32,404 nt of DNA. Source: Myxococcales bacterium (GTDB lineage Bacteria; Myxococcota; Myxococcia; Myxococcales; Anaeromyxobacteraceae). Of the stretch, positions 18,964-32,263 are shown one piece after another (position 1 is the stretch's first letter; every line of letters begins with the position of its first letter). The stretch lies in contig JBBQEB010000022.1 of NCBI GenBank assembly GCA_038320275.1, forward strand, positions 1-32,404, in the 5' to 3' direction. The translations under genes and the position numbers were made by a program. A model generated the notes under the pieces. It did no database searches. It was not told where the DNA came from and worked only from the letters and a program-made list of their open reading frames with translations.

Positions 18964-19368
18964 CTAGAGCGTGCTGGGCGTGCCGTCCGGGGCTTCCCCG
19001 GAGGAGGTGGCCTCCTCGCGGTAGGAACGCCCGAGCGGGTTGTGCTTCTGGTCGCGGCCCGGCGCGCGCTGCTTCGCCATCTCGCGCTGCACCAGCCGCT
19101 TCAAGCGGTGCGAGCACTCCAGCAGCGAGGCGTGCAGGTCGGTGGCGACCGCCTCTACCCGCAGACTGCGCGCGTTGGGCATGCGGAACGACACCTTGCA
19201 GGCCTGATCGACGCCGCCCTTGCCCGGCTTGGTGTCCTGCACGTAGACGGTGAGCTGGGCGGCCGAGTCGTCATAGAGGCGGGTGAGCGGCTCCATGAAG
19301 TGCTTTTCCAGGAAGGGGCGGAGATCCTCGGGAGCTTCCAGATGATGAGCGTGGATGATGAGCTTCAT
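18964..19368 (-). CDS. HPF/RaiA-family ribosome-associated protein
   Basis: MKLIIHAHHLE, D..PGKGGVDQACKV and DLHASL pattern of HPF-like paralogs, with a low-complexity C-terminal tail. Confidence 0.8.
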   Translation of the reverse strand: MKLIIHAHHLEAPEDLRPFLEKHFMEPLTRLYDDSAAQLTVYVQDTKPGKGGVDQACKVSFRMPNARSLRVEAVATDLHASLLECSHRLKRLVQREMAKQRAPGRDQKHNPLGRSYREEATSSGEAPDGTPSTL

Positions 19369-19549
19369 TCTTAAGAGGTGTGGCTCGGCGACCCCGGATT
19401 CAACCGTGGCCGCCCGCTATTTTCGGGGGATGACGGGAGACTGGACCTCGCGGACGCCGACCTGACTCACTTCGACTCCCAGGTGGTTGGCGAGGGGAGG
19501 CTCGGGGAGCGGCCAGCCGTCCCGGACGCGGCGCGGAGGCAGCGCCCCC

Positions 19550-21726
19550 TCACCTGAGCAGCAGACCCTCGCCCAGGAAGGCCAGCATCCCGAGCGCGAG
19601 CAGCATCGACCAGAGCGGGATCGCGCGCGGGGTCGCCGCACCCTCCCCCGCCACGCGTGCCACGCTCTCGCCTCCGAACCAGGCGGTGAGCTCCGCCGGA
19701 TCGAGCCTGGCGGTGTCGCTCTCGCGCGGGTCGGGGAGCACGGCGAAGGCGAGCCGCGGGTCGAGCTTCGTCTGGCCGCGCTCCTCCACCTTGACGCCCC
19801 ACAGCCCGGGCCGATCCGGCACGAGCGAGGGCGGTGCTCCAGAGCCCGGCGCCTGCGACAGCGCGGATGCGGGGAGCTCCCGCCCGCCCGGGGGAACCAC
19901 CGCGACGAGCTTCGTCCCCTCGTTCGCCACGATGGAGCGCGGCGCGTTCACCAGCGTGGGCGCATCGCGCCGCTCCTCCAGCGCCCCGGAGAGCCACGCC
20001 GCGAGCCGCTGCACGGCGGGGAGGAAGCTCGTGCGGATGCTCCAGTCGGACCAGGAGCGGTCGAGCGTGGAGGTGAAGAGCATCACCCGCCCGGCGCCTC
20101 GCCGCGCCTCCACCAGCGCCGGCGCCCCGTCGTCGAAGGACGCGAGCACGCGGTCGCCGCCGCCGCCGGTGCGCGGCTTCAGGAGCATGTACCGCCAGGT
20201 CTTCGCGCCATCGAAGCCCTCGCGCGCCGTCCCGGTGAAGACCTGGAGCGCCGGGTGAGCCCAATCGACGTCCGCGAAGCGCGCAGCGCCGCCGCCGTCT
20301 CCGGCCATCCCTCCGGCTGCGCCCGCGCCCGTCGCGCCCCTCCGGCCGGCCGTCTTCACGACGTGCAGCGGCCGCGGCAGGAGCGCCCCCAGCTCGGCGT
20401 CGTAGCGATCCGGGTCGATCTCGTCGCCCATGGAGAAGAAGAGGCCGCCGCCACCCTCCACGAACCTCGCCAGCTCACCCGACTTTGCCCCGACCGTCCG
20501 CACGTCGAGCAGGAACACCACGTCGAAGTCGGCGAAGCGCACCCGATCGAGCGACTCCGCGTCGACCAGCGTCGCCCGCACCGGCGAGGCGGGCGAGGAG
20601 AGCGCCGCCTCCACGAAGAACGCGGCGTCCCGCACCTTCACCGGCGAGGGGGCGCCGTTCACCACCAGCGCCTTCACGTCGCGCGGCACGGCCAGCGTGA
20701 GGACGCGCGCGTCGTCGAGCTCCAGCGCGTCCGGCGCGAGGGTCACCGAGAGCGCGGCTGGGCCGCCCTGCGGGAACTTCCAGGAGAGCGTCTTCTTCAC
20801 CGCCCCACCGAGCGGCACGCGGGCGAAGGCGCGGATCACCACCGGCGCCTCCGGGCCCCCCGCGTGGAGCTGCAGCTCCACCTCCGACGCCTCGCCCTTT
20901 CCCGCAGGGCTCCCGAAACGCGCCACGGTCGCGGTCACCCTGTAACCGCGCGGCCCCACCGCGGCGTCCGGCTCGGCGGTGAGCTCCGTCACGGCGAGGT
21001 TGGGCAGCGCGGCACCCCGCGCGGCATCGAGCAGCGTCACCTCCGGGCGCACCGGACCGGCCGAGCCCTGCACCCGCGGCGCAGGGACGTCGAGGCGCCA
21101 GGCGGAGGCGGTGAGATCGGTCGCGACCGCGATGCGCTTCCCGAGCTGCGCCCCCGCCGTCCCCTGGGACAACGCGCGCGCCGCCGCGGCCACGCAAGCG
21201 GTCAGGTCGGCGTGCCCGGCCGTCAGCGCCGCGTCGGAGAGGGTCGACCGCACCGCGCCCCGGTCGAACGACGGCGCCAGGGCGACGGGCGCCGCCGGCC
21301 CGCCGCACACGATGGCCGTGGCAGGCTCGTCGGTGCCGAGGCCGTCCAGGGCGGCGAGGAGGTCCGCGCGGGCGCGATCGAAGAGCCGTCCGCCGCCGAG
21401 CCGGTAGCCCATGGACGCGGAGGCGTCGAGCACGAGCGCGGTGGCGGCCGCGCCGCGCTGCACCGCCGCGGCGGCCTCCCCCGGGCGCTCCAGCTTCGGC
21501 CTCGCCAGCGCCGCGGCGATGGCGGCGATGAGCAGCGTCCGGGCCGCGAAGAGCAGGAGCTTGCGCAGCCGCATGCGCCGCTGCGTCTCGCGCCGCGCGC
21601 GCAGGATGAGCTCGATGGCGGGAAACGGCGTCGGGCGCGGGCGGCGGCGGAAGAAGAGGTGGACCGCGAGCGGCACGAGCGCGGCGAGGAGCCCCCAGGC
21701 CAGCGCGGGGTGCAGGAACGACAGGC

Positions 21727-21730
<4 letters not shown>
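19550..21730 (-). CDS. BatA-domain / VWA-containing membrane protein
   Basis: FLHP...LVPLAVHL..RR..FPA..L BatA N-terminus, LARP, MIDAS LDASASMG, GATase-like middle region and C-terminal TM. Confidence 0.88.
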
Positions 21731-23657
<1,927 letters not shown>

Positions 23658-23665
23658 GGGCCTCG

Positions 23666-25231
23666 TCAGCGCGGGCCTTCGTCCGCGCGGGTGAGGAGCT
23701 CGGCGAAGCGCTTCTCGCGCGCCGCCCGCTCCGCGTTTCCGAGCGCCGCCTCGGCGGTGGCCAAGCCGGCGTGGATCTCGGGGTCGAAGGGATCGGTGGC
23801 GTTGGCGGCCAGGAGCTGCTCCTTCGCCGGCCCCCACGCCTTGCGCCTCGCGTGGACGCGGGCGAGGTCGAGGTGGAGCCTGGCGTGCTGCGGGCTCTTC
23901 TTCAGCGCCTCGGCGAGCGCGGCCTCGGCTTCCTCCTCGTGCCCCGTCTCGAGCGCCGCCTGCGCGTAGCGCGCGGAGAGCACGGCGATGCCCCGGCCCA
24001 CCCGCGCCACCGCGCGCGCGTACTCCACCCGCGCCGGCACCCACCTCCCGCGAGCGCGGAAGAGCTCGCCCAGGCGGGCGTACTCGCGCGCCTTGGGGTC
24101 GGGGATCTCCGCCCACTCCGAGTGCGCGCCGCCATGTCCGGCGTCCCCCTTGAAGCGCAGCTTCTCCGCCGCGACGTCGGTCTTGCCGCCGGGCGAGGGG
24201 CGCTTCGCCATGTAGCGCTCGAGGTCGCGCATGAAGGCGTCGAACGGCACCCCCAGGGCGCGCGCCACCGCCGGCTCCGCGTCCACGCCCTCCGCGACGA
24301 GATCGAGGATGCGGTTCATGAGCGCCCGCCCGCCGCGCTTCTCGAGGTACTCCACCGCCACCGCCACCTCGGCGAAGGCGAGCGCGGCCGCCTCCTGCGA
24401 GGGCAGCTTCGCCATGGAGGGGTGCATCTTCGCGAACGGGATGAGCGCGCGCTTCGCGAGCGCCTCGTCGAGCAGTCCCGCCGACCAGGCCGACAGCTCG
24501 CCGCCGGGTCCGCGCCAGCGCGTCTCGGAGAACTTGGCGAGCCCCTCCTGCAGCCAGATGGGCGCGTTGTTGTGCGTGCGGGCGGTGACGACGTGGTGCG
24601 TGTACTCGTGCGCCGCGGTGTCGAGCCAGTCGTAGCCGTGCAGGAGCGCCTTGGGCGAGACGACCATGAGCTTGTTCCACTTGCACAGGGCGATGGTGCC
24701 GCTCGTCTTGATCTCGGACTCGGTGAGGGTGGAGATGCGCGCGAGCTCGCGGGTGTCGTTCAGGATCTCGACGGTCACCTTGCCGGGCGCGGCCCAGCCC
24801 AGGTCTTCCTGGAGCGCGCGCCGCTGCGCCTCGAGCGTCTCGAGGATGTACGGGACGAGCACCTCGTCCTTGCCCTTGGGGTAGGAGACGACGAAGTGCT
24901 CGCCCTCGGCGCGGGCGTGACTCACCGTCACGTCCCGCGCAGCCTTGGCGAGCGTGAGGTAATCGATGGCACCGGTGGCGAGGCCGCCCTTGCGGAGCAG
25001 CTCCACCGCCTCCGGGTAGCGCTGCTCGTGGAAGCACAGGACGCCGGCCACCGTGAGCGTGGCCGGATCGTCCGGGTGGGCCGCCAGCTCCGGCTCCACC
25101 AGCGCCTTGGCGGTGGGGACGTCCTCGTCGTCCAGGGCGGCGATGGCGCGGCCCAGCGGTGAATCGCGAGCCGGGTCGGCGGGGCCCGCCGCGAGCACCA
25201 GCGCGACCGCGAGGAGGGGGAGGCCCGTCAC
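23666..25231 (-). CDS. Exported TPR protein with central MA-clan (gluzincin-like) metallopeptidase domain
   Basis: Signal peptide; AHEYTH (HExxH) followed by [12 protein letters not shown]-like helices at both ends. Confidence 0.85.
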   Translation of the reverse strand: MTGLPLLAVALVLAAGPADPARDSPLGRAIAALDDEDVPTAKALVEPELAAHPDDPATLTVAGVLCFHEQRYPEAVELLRKGGLATGAIDYLTLAKAARDVTVSHARAEGEHFVVSYPKGKDEVLVPYILETLEAQRRALQEDLGWAAPGKVTVEILNDTRELARISTLTESEIKTSGTIALCKWNKLMVVSPKALLHGYDWLDTAAHEYTHHVVTARTHNNAPIWLQEGLAKFSETRWRGPGGELSAWSAGLLDEALAKRALIPFAKMHPSMAKLPSQEAAALAFAEVAVAVEYLEKRGGRALMNRILDLVAEGVDAEPAVARALGVPFDAFMRDLERYMAKRPSPGGKTDVAAEKLRFKGDAGHGGAHSEWAEIPDPKAREYARLGELFRARGRWVPARVEYARAVARVGRGIAVLSARYAQAALETGHEEEAEAALAEALKKSPQHARLHLDLARVHARRKAWGPAKEQLLAANATDPFDPEIHAGLATAEAALGNAERAAREKRFAELLTRADEGPR

Positions 25232-28200
25232 TGGACCAGCTCCTGGTAGTACCGCTTCACCTCGCCCTGGTACGGCTCGGGCGCGCCCTGCTTCATGGCT
25301 TCCAGGAGGTCCCGCCGGAACTCCTCGGGCGGCTTGTACTGATCCGCTCCGGGCACCTCCACCTTCTCCCGCGAGGCCTCCAGGCCTTCACCCTGCCGCC
25401 CGCCGCCCTCCTCGCCGAATGGAAACGGGAACCCCCCGCTCTTTCCTCCGCCGCGGGCGTTCTTCGCCATCTGGTCGAGGCCGCGCTGGAAGCGCCCCAG
25501 CTCGTCGAGGGCCTGCCGCTGCTCGCCCAGCCCGCGCTGCGGGTCCTTTCCCTGCAGCTCGCCCTGCGCCCGCTGCATGTGGCTCTGTGAGTTGCCCAGC
25601 AGCTCGCTCGCCTGCGGCGGGAACACCGGCGCCTTCTCCGCGAGCTCGCCGAGCGCGCCCTGCAGCTCGCCCGCCTTCTTCTCCAGCTCGCCCTGCCGCT
25701 TCGCCAGCTCGCCCATCTTCTCCTGCTCCCGCCCGCCCAGGACGCTCTTCGGATCCGGGAAGAGCTTCTCCAGCTCCTCCCTCACCTGGCGCGCCGGCCC
25801 CAGCGCCGACGACGCGTGCTTCTGGGCCTCGCGCAGCTCGCGCGGGCCTCCCCCCGTCAGCCCCGGGTATCGCTCCGCGAGGCGCGCCTCGTCGTCGAGG
25901 CCGCTCGCAAGCCGCTGCATGAACGGGATGGCCCGCTTCACCGACTCCAGCGCCGCGTCGAGGTCCTTCGCTCCCAGCGCCTTCTCCAGATCCGCCAGCC
26001 GATCGCGCGACTGGGCGAAGTCGTCCTCCGAGCGAATCCCGACCCCCTTCTCCGACCTCGCCAGCCTCTTGCGCGCTTCCGCCGCCAGGGCCTCGAGCTT
26101 CTTCGCCGCCTCGTCGAGCCCCGCCATCCGCTCCGCCACCGCCTTCTGGTACTCGCCCTTGACCGCCTCCGTCTCGCGCGCCACCGCCTCCTGCTCGCCG
26201 CGCACGTCCTCCAGCCGCCGCTTGAACGCCAGCATCTCCTTCATCAGCGCCGCGTTCTTCGCGCTGGGCGTCCCGGCCGTCCGCTCCAGGCCCGCCAGCA
26301 TGCCCTGCATCGCGTCGCCCATGGCGTCGAGCGCCTTCATGGCCCCGTCCACGTCGCCCTTCGCGAGCAGCTTCTCCACCTCGTCGAGCCCGCCCTTGGC
26401 GTCGTTCGCCTTCGCGACCTCGGCCAGCGCCTCCCGGTTCATGTGCTCGTCGCCGATGCCCTTCGCGAGCTCCGCCATCCCGCGGATCATCTCGTCCATG
26501 CGCGCGCGCAGGCGCGCCACCTCCGCGAGGAGCTCCTTCTTCTTCGCCTCGGAGGGCGCCTTCCGGTACTCCTCCAGGAGCCCGGCCAGCTCGCGGCGGC
26601 GGGCCGCCAGGTCCTTCGCCACGCGCACCAGGTCGTCGGCGCTGCCCTTGTCGAAGAGCTCCTCCAGGTAGAGGACGTCCTTCTCCAGCTCGCGGTCGAG
26701 CCTCGCGTCGAGCTCCGCCACGCGGTCCACCAGGCTGCTCCGGCCGGTGCTGGGGAGCTGGGCGAACCGCGCCATGCTGACGCGCAGGGAGGTGAGGTTC
26801 GCCTCCAGCGGCTTGATGGACGCGGCGACGTTGGCGAGCGCATCCGGCAGCGCCCTCGGCGAGGACTTGTCCGCCCGCAAAAGCTGGGCCGCGTCCCGCA
26901 GCCCCACGTGCAGCGCCCTCGTACGCTGGTCGAGCGCGCCGGCCTGGGTCAGGAGCTCCGCGGTCCAGCGCGGCGCCGGCCCCTCGTCGCCCCCGGGTGA
27001 GAGGAGCTCGATGCGGTCGCCCAGGAGCCGCACCATCCCCTCCCACAGCTCGCGCGCCCTGGCGTAGGCGGCGCGGTGGTGCTCCGCCTCGCTGAAGATC
27101 TTCACGGTGTGCGTGGCGGAGGCGGCGCGCTTCGGCCCGGACACCGCGTCCTCGTCGGTGACCTCCAGCCAGTACAGGAGCCGCTCGCCCTCCGCGAGCC
27201 GCAGCGGCGCGAGCTCGAGGTCGTGCGCGCCCGAGGCGCGACGCGCCGGGGCCAGCGCCTTCAGCTTCGTCCGCCGCTCCTCGCCCGCCGGAGGCTTCAG
27301 CACCAGCGTCAGCTCCGCGAGCCCCACGTCGTCGGAGGCCGTCCACTCCACGTGAACGCGGGCGCGGGCGTCCACCTCCACCTCCTGCGCCGGCGCGGTG
27401 ATGCGCACCTCCGGGAAGGCGTCAGGCTCGGCCGTGAGCGCCGTCGCCGGCCCCTCCGCGATGGCCTTCCGGCCCTTCAGGAACCGGAACCGGTAGGTGC
27501 CCGTCTCCTCCACCAGGAGTCGCCCCGACAGCTCGCGCGCGCCCTTCACCTCGAGCGCGAGCGTGCCCGCCCCCGGGGCCGCGCCCTGGGGTCCTTTCCC
27601 CTTTCCCTCGCCCTGCCCCGCTTCCGCCTTCCGTTCGCCCCGAGCGCGGGGACCGCCCTGCGGCCCCGGAGTCGAAGGGCGCGCGCTCTCCACGATAAGC
27701 TCCGCCCGCTCCACGTCCCGGTCCGCGCGCGCCCGCAGCCTCACCTCGGTGCCCTTGGGCGCGCTGATCTCGCCCCCGGTTCCGGACACCGTGCGCGTCT
27801 CCCGGCGCAGGTAGGCCGGGTAGAGGTAGGTGAGCTCGATGTCCCCGGTGATGGGGTCTGCGCGCCGCACCGCCGGCTCCGCGCCGCGGCTCAGGAGCCC
27901 GCTCCAGCCCGCGCGCATCATCAGCGGTGCGAGGCCGAGCGCCGCCAGGTGAAGCGCCGCAACGCCTCCCAGGGCCACGCCAGCCCGCCGCGCCGGCGCC
28001 GTCGAGACGACCCGGCGCAGGTCGAGTCCCGAGGCGCGCAGGGCCGTCCGCTGCAGGTGCTCGTCGAGGAGCGCCACGCTGGCGGAACCCGACCTGCGCA
28101 GCTCCTCGCGCTCCTCCTCCAGCTCCACCGAGGAGACGAGGTCGCCGCGGAGCTCCGGCGCGGCCGCTCCCACCCGCCGCGCGACCGCGAGCGGCGTCCC

Positions 28201-28449
28201 GGCGCTGCGCACCAGGGCCACCGCCGCCCAGGCGAGCGCCGCCACCACGGCGATGCTCCCCAGGGCGAGCGCAACCTGCCGCGCCGCGGCCGGGGAGACC
28301 CACCCCGCACCGAGGAGCGCCGTCCCCCCCAGCAGCGCGAGGAGGGCGCCCGCGAGCCCCAGGGCGGCCGCCGTGGCGAGCACGACGCCAGCCTGCCTGC
28401 GCCGGGCGCGGTCGAGGACGCGCGCGATGTCGGAGGCGGCGTTCGCCAT
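25228..28449 (-). CDS. DUF4175-like membrane-anchored coiled-coil protein
   Basis: Three N-terminal TM segments, YLYPAY, ASDDVGL Ig-like region, a long coiled coil, and a C-terminal [15 protein letters not shown] tail. Confidence 0.8.
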   Translation of the reverse strand: MANAASDIARVLDRARRRQAGVVLATAAALGLAGALLALLGGTALLGAGWVSPAAARQVALALGSIAVVAALAWAAVALVRSAGTPLAVARRVGAAAPELRGDLVSSVELEEEREELRRSGSASVALLDEHLQRTALRASGLDLRRVVSTAPARRAGVALGGVAALHLAALGLAPLMMRAGWSGLLSRGAEPAVRRADPITGDIELTYLYPAYLRRETRTVSGTGGEISAPKGTEVRLRARADRDVERAELIVESARPSTPGPQGGPRARGERKAEAGQGEGKGKGPQGAAPGAGTLALEVKGARELSGRLLVEETGTYRFRFLKGRKAIAEGPATALTAEPDAFPEVRITAPAQEVEVDARARVHVEWTASDDVGLAELTLVLKPPAGEERRTKLKALAPARRASGAHDLELAPLRLAEGERLLYWLEVTDEDAVSGPKRAASATHTVKIFSEAEHHRAAYARARELWEGMVRLLGDRIELLSPGGDEGPAPRWTAELLTQAGALDQRTRALHVGLRDAAQLLRADKSSPRALPDALANVAASIKPLEANLTSLRVSMARFAQLPSTGRSSLVDRVAELDARLDRELEKDVLYLEELFDKGSADDLVRVAKDLAARRRELAGLLEEYRKAPSEAKKKELLAEVARLRARMDEMIRGMAELAKGIGDEHMNREALAEVAKANDAKGGLDEVEKLLAKGDVDGAMKALDAMGDAMQGMLAGLERTAGTPSAKNAALMKEMLAFKRRLEDVRGEQEAVARETEAVKGEYQKAVAERMAGLDEAAKKLEALAAEARKRLARSEKGVGIRSEDDFAQSRDRLADLEKALGAKDLDAALESVKRAIPFMQRLASGLDDEARLAERYPGLTGGGPRELREAQKHASSALGPARQVREELEKLFPDPKSVLGGREQEKMGELAKRQGELEKKAGELQGALGELAEKAPVFPPQASELLGNSQSHMQRAQGELQGKDPQRGLGEQRQALDELGRFQRGLDQMAKNARGGGKSGGFPFPFGEEGGGRQGEGLEASREKVEVPGADQYKPPEEFRRDLLEAMKQGAPEPYQGEVKRYYQELVQ

Positions 28450-28619
28450 GGAAGCGTTGCGGAAAGAGACGATGGCGGCACGTCTCGCCGCACGGCGAAG
28501 CCCGCCCCCTCTCCCATAAAGCTCGCTCGGCTCGACTTCCGTGCTTTCCGGTGCGGTCCGCCGGGCCCGTGGTAAGAATCCCCACTGCGGTGAATATCCC
28601 CGCCGGCACTCCCGTCCTC

Positions 28620-29240
28620 ATGGAAGCAGACGACCTCGCGCTGGTCACGAGAGCCAAGGCTGGGGACCGGGATGCGTTCCGGACTCTGGTCGTCCGCTAC
28701 CAGAGGAGGGTGTACTCCGTGGCGCTCGGCATCGTGAAAGATCGGGACCTCGCGTGGGACGTCTCGCAGGAGACGTTCGTCCGCGTGCACGCCCACCTCC
28801 CCGAGTTCGTGGGCGACTCGAGCTTCTCCACCTGGGTGCTCCGCATCGGCTCGCACCTCGCCATCGACAGCCTGCGCAAGGAGCGCGCCTCGTCGAAGCA
28901 GAACCTCGACGACGTCCACGAGGGCGACCTGGTGGGCGGCGGCGAGGGCATCCTCGCGACTGCGCTGGGGAACGACCCGCAGCAGAACGCCCTCCGGCGC
29001 GAGCTGGCCGGCAAGATGACCGAGGCGCTCGCGAAGCTGCCCGAGAAGCACCGCACCATCCTCGTGCTGCGCGAGGTGGAGGGGCTCTCGTACGAGGAGC
29101 TGGCGGAGCGGCTCGCCATCCAGAAGGGGACGGTGATGAGCCGGCTCTTCCATGCCCGGAAGAAGATGCAGGCGCTCCTGCGGGAGTACGCCGGGCTGGG
29201 CGCGGACGGGGACGCCGGCGGCGAGGAGGGCGGCGCATGA
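28620..29240 (+). CDS. ECF RNA polymerase sigma factor (RpoE-like)
   Basis: AWDVSQETF, SSFSTWVLRI, LPEKHR.ILVLREVEGLSYEELA, GTVMSRLFHAR. Confidence 0.95.
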   Translation: MEADDLALVTRAKAGDRDAFRTLVVRYQRRVYSVALGIVKDRDLAWDVSQETFVRVHAHLPEFVGDSSFSTWVLRIGSHLAIDSLRKERASSKQNLDDVHEGDLVGGGEGILATALGNDPQQNALRRELAGKMTEALAKLPEKHRTILVLREVEGLSYEELAERLAIQKGTVMSRLFHARKKMQALLREYAGLGADGDAGGEEGGA

Positions 29241-29746
29241 CCTCCGACCTTTGCCTGCGCTGGGCGCCCATGATCGGGGCTCGACCCGGCGAGCTCACGC
29301 CGGAGGAGGAGCATGGTCTCGCCGAGCACCTCGCCGGCTGCGACGGCTGCGTGGCGCGGCTCGCCGACGAGACCGCGCTCTCCGGCATGCTCTCTCAGGC
29401 GCTGCTCGACGAGGCGAACCGGCGCGACTTCGCCACGTTTTCCGACGGCGTGCTGGCGCGCATCCCGGAGCGGGCCTGGGGCGGCGCTCCCGGCAGCGCT
29501 TCCGCCGGGCACGGCCAGGGCGGCTTCCTGGGCTGGTTTCGCCGGCACAGGGCTGCCGCGGTGGCGGCGGTGCTCGCGCCCGCGCTGGCCGCCCTGGCAG
29601 CGGTCCTGTACGTTGGCCAGGATCACCATGACGTTCCGGAGGCGGCGTACGTCGAGGTCACCTCGGAGATGGGCGGCGCCACCGTGCTCGACACCAAGGA
29701 CGGGCCGGTGGTCCTCCTCGGCGAGGGCGAGCCGGAAGGCACGTAG
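29237..29746 (+). CDS. Zinc-finger (zf-HC2) membrane anti-sigma factor
   Basis: HLAGCDGC and one TM segment. ATGA overlap with the sigma gene; GGAGG RBS. Confidence 0.85.
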   Translation: MTSDLCLRWAPMIGARPGELTPEEEHGLAEHLAGCDGCVARLADETALSGMLSQALLDEANRRDFATFSDGVLARIPERAWGGAPGSASAGHGQGGFLGWFRRHRAAAVAAVLAPALAALAAVLYVGQDHHDVPEAAYVEVTSEMGGATVLDTKDGPVVLLGEGEPEGT

Positions 29747-29753
29747 GAGAGGC

Positions 29754-30197
29754 ATGATGACACGGCGAACGTTCGCGGCTCTCCTCGTCACGGCGCTGGC
29801 CGTCGCGGCCCTTCCCGGCGCCGCCTCCGCAGCGACCATCCCGGTGCGCGTGCGCATCCTCAAGGGCTCGCGGCAGGGGCCCGCCGCAGTGGACCCCAGG
29901 CTCGCCGACCTCCAGCACCAGCTCGGGAAGCTGGCTTACGTGAAGTGGGACCAGGTGGGTGAGCGGCAGGCGGACATGGACTTCAACAAGCCCCTCTCCG
30001 TCGCGCTGCCGGACGGCGCCAGCCTCGAGCTCACCCTGGTGGACTCGCGCAAGGACACCGTCACCTTCGACGTGCGGGTGGCGGCCCGCAAGACGCACTC
30101 GCGCCTCACCATCGCCAAGGACCAGCGCATCGTGCATCAGGTGGGCGGCGAGAAGGACGGCAGCGCATACTTCGCGTCGATCCGGCCGTGGCCGTAG
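29754..30197 (+). CDS. Exported protein of unknown function
   Basis: AGGAG RBS, signal peptide ending ASA-A, beta-rich mature part; third gene of the ECF operon. Confidence 0.8.
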   Translation: MMTRRTFAALLVTALAVAALPGAASAATIPVRVRILKGSRQGPAAVDPRLADLQHQLGKLAYVKWDQVGERQADMDFNKPLSVALPDGASLELTLVDSRKDTVTFDVRVAARKTHSRLTIAKDQRIVHQVGGEKDGSAYFASIRPWP

Positions 30198-31759
30198 CCC
30201 GGGCGCTCCGCTTCCCCCTCCTCGTCCTCGCGCTCCACGCCTACCTCTTCCCGTGGCTCCCCGGGCTGCGGAGCCCGAACGAGCTCTCCCGCCTGTATCA
30301 GGCGCGGGCCATCGTGGAGGACGGAACGCTCGACCTGAACGCACAGCTCGCGCGACACGGACCGGTGGGCGACCTCTCGGTCAGGAACGGGCGGTACTAC
30401 CCCAACAAGGCGCCCGGGGTGTCGTTCCTGGGCGCGGGCGTGTACGCCGCTGCACGGTGGGTGAACGGCGGGAGGGAGCTGGGCGAGGGGGCGGCGATGT
30501 TCTGGCTGCGCCTCGCCTGCTGCATGGTGCCCGGCGTCGTGGCGGCCGAGCTCCTTCGCCGCATCCTGGCCCAGCGCTTCGGCTTCGACGACGGGGTTGC
30601 GACGGCCGGCGCGACCACCTTTGCCCTCGGCACCATCATGTGGCCGTACTCGACGCTGCTCATGAGCCACGGGCCCACCGCGGCGGCGGTGGTGGCCTGC
30701 TGGTGGGCGGTCGAGGGGGGGCTGCGAGCGCGGGACGGGGAACCCTCCGTTCGACCTTCCACGCTCTGGTGGCTCCTGGCCGGTCTCGCCGCCGCCCTTG
30801 CCGTGCTGCTCGAGTACACCACCGCGCTCGCCCTCCCACCGCTCGCGCTGTACGCCGTCCTCCGAATCCGCGCCCAGCGCCACCCCATCGCCCCCCCGAT
30901 CGCAGCCTCGCTCCTGGGCGCCCTCCCCTCCCTGGTGGCCCTCGCCGCCTACCACCAGGCCGCGTTCGGCTCGCCCTGGGCCACCGGCTACCGCTTCCTC
31001 GTGAACCCCACCTTCACCCAGTGGCACGCCCGCGGCTTCATGGGAGTCGGCGCTCCCAGCCTGCGCGCCCTCCTGGGCAGCTTCCTCGACCCCGCCCGCG
31101 GGCTCTTCACCTGGAGCCCCTTCCTCGCGCTCGGCGTGCCCGGGCTGTGGCTCCTCGCGCGGCGCGACCGCCCCCTCGCCCTCCTCTGCGCCGCGGAGCT
31201 CGCGCTTTACGCCCTCTTCACGGCCAGCTTCACCTACCAAGCCTGGGGCTGGAGCGTCGGCCCGCGCCACATCACCACCCTCTGCGCGTTCCTCATCCCC
31301 CCTGCCCTGGCGGCGTCGGCGTGGCTGCGCGACCGGCGCCTCGGCGTCATTCCCGCCGGGCTCGCCCTCGCCAGCATCGGAGCGGTGGCAGCAACCGTCG
31401 CGGTCTGCCCCTACCTGCCCGAGGAGCTCACCAACCCGCTGCACCAGCTCCTGCTACCCCTCGCCCGCGCCGGGCTCCACTCGCGCGATCTCCTGGGCCT
31501 CGCGCTCGGGACCCACAGCACGTGGACACTTTTGCCCTGGGTCGCACTGCTCGTGCTGGCCTCACTGGCCGCCGCGCGCACCCTCGTTCGCGCGCCCGAG
31601 CCCACTCCCACGCCACCGTTGCGCACGGCGCTTCGGCTCCTCTCTGCCCTGGCGCTCGCCGGGGCGATCCTCGCGGCAGGCGGCCTCCGCGGTGGCCCCG
31701 ATCACTTCGGGCCGACGACGGCGTTCATGGCGCGGGAGATGCGGAGCGGCGGACGTTGA
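30188..31759 (+). CDS. Polytopic membrane protein, possible GT-C fold glycosyltransferase
   Basis: More than 10 hydrophobic segments, first-loop SPNE..R and YYPNKAPG, plus RGLF..SPF and WSVGPRH motifs. Confidence 0.7.
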   Translation: MAVARALRFPLLVLALHAYLFPWLPGLRSPNELSRLYQARAIVEDGTLDLNAQLARHGPVGDLSVRNGRYYPNKAPGVSFLGAGVYAAARWVNGGRELGEGAAMFWLRLACCMVPGVVAAELLRRILAQRFGFDDGVATAGATTFALGTIMWPYSTLLMSHGPTAAAVVACWWAVEGGLRARDGEPSVRPSTLWWLLAGLAAALAVLLEYTTALALPPLALYAVLRIRAQRHPIAPPIAASLLGALPSLVALAAYHQAAFGSPWATGYRFLVNPTFTQWHARGFMGVGAPSLRALLGSFLDPARGLFTWSPFLALGVPGLWLLARRDRPLALLCAAELALYALFTASFTYQAWGWSVGPRHITTLCAFLIPPALAASAWLRDRRLGVIPAGLALASIGAVAATVAVCPYLPEELTNPLHQLLLPLARAGLHSRDLLGLALGTHSTWTLLPWVALLVLASLAAARTLVRAPEPTPTPPLRTALRLLSALALAGAILAAGGLRGGPDHFGPTTAFMAREMRSGGR

Positions 31760-31935
31760 GTGCCCCGCAGCGTCCCGTCGTGCGACTCCACGCGGTCCTG
31801 TAGCGGGCCCGTCCGTCGATGAGTTCCAGATGGCCTGATTCCTCAACGACTCAACCGCCGGCTTCGAATCGATGTCCACCCGGGCGGACGAACCGCATCA
31901 CGCGTTCGTACGATGATTCGGCTCATCAGCGGCTC

Positions 31936-32263
31936 TCACTCTCCTTCTCCCAGCGGCACCAAGAGTTCGGTCGAAGGTATGCGCCGGCCGCAGGAGGGAC
32001 ATGCAACCATCTCCGTCAGGCGGCGCTGCAGCAGGAAAGTCATCAAGTGTCCGTACAATGCCTCTCGCGCCCAGAGGGAAAGCGTTCCGATCCGCACCGT
32101 AAGAATGCTCTGCTTCACTGGCCAGATGTGCCGAAGATCGACGTAGGAGTCCTCCGCCAGCCCCAGCGCGGGGTAAGCAGGGAGGTAGAAGAAGGGTCTG
32201 CGCGTTCCCGCCTTGATCGCATCTGCGCCCTGGGCAGCCTCAGCGAGAGGCAGGACGGGCGCA
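31936..32263 (-). pseudogene. 5'-truncated PemK/MazF-like gene interrupted by the terminal repeat
   Basis: LAPVLPL...FFYLP...EDSYVDLRHIWPV...RIGTLS..AREALYGHL resembles the C-terminal half of PemK-like folds. The frame is cut by the repeat boundary at 32263/32264. Confidence 0.55.

Noticed and set aside
23658..25037. 803-aa MoxR with a large N-terminal fusion
   Set aside because: The extension is an off-frame overlap of the TPR-peptidase gene; MoxR begins at ATG 23657.
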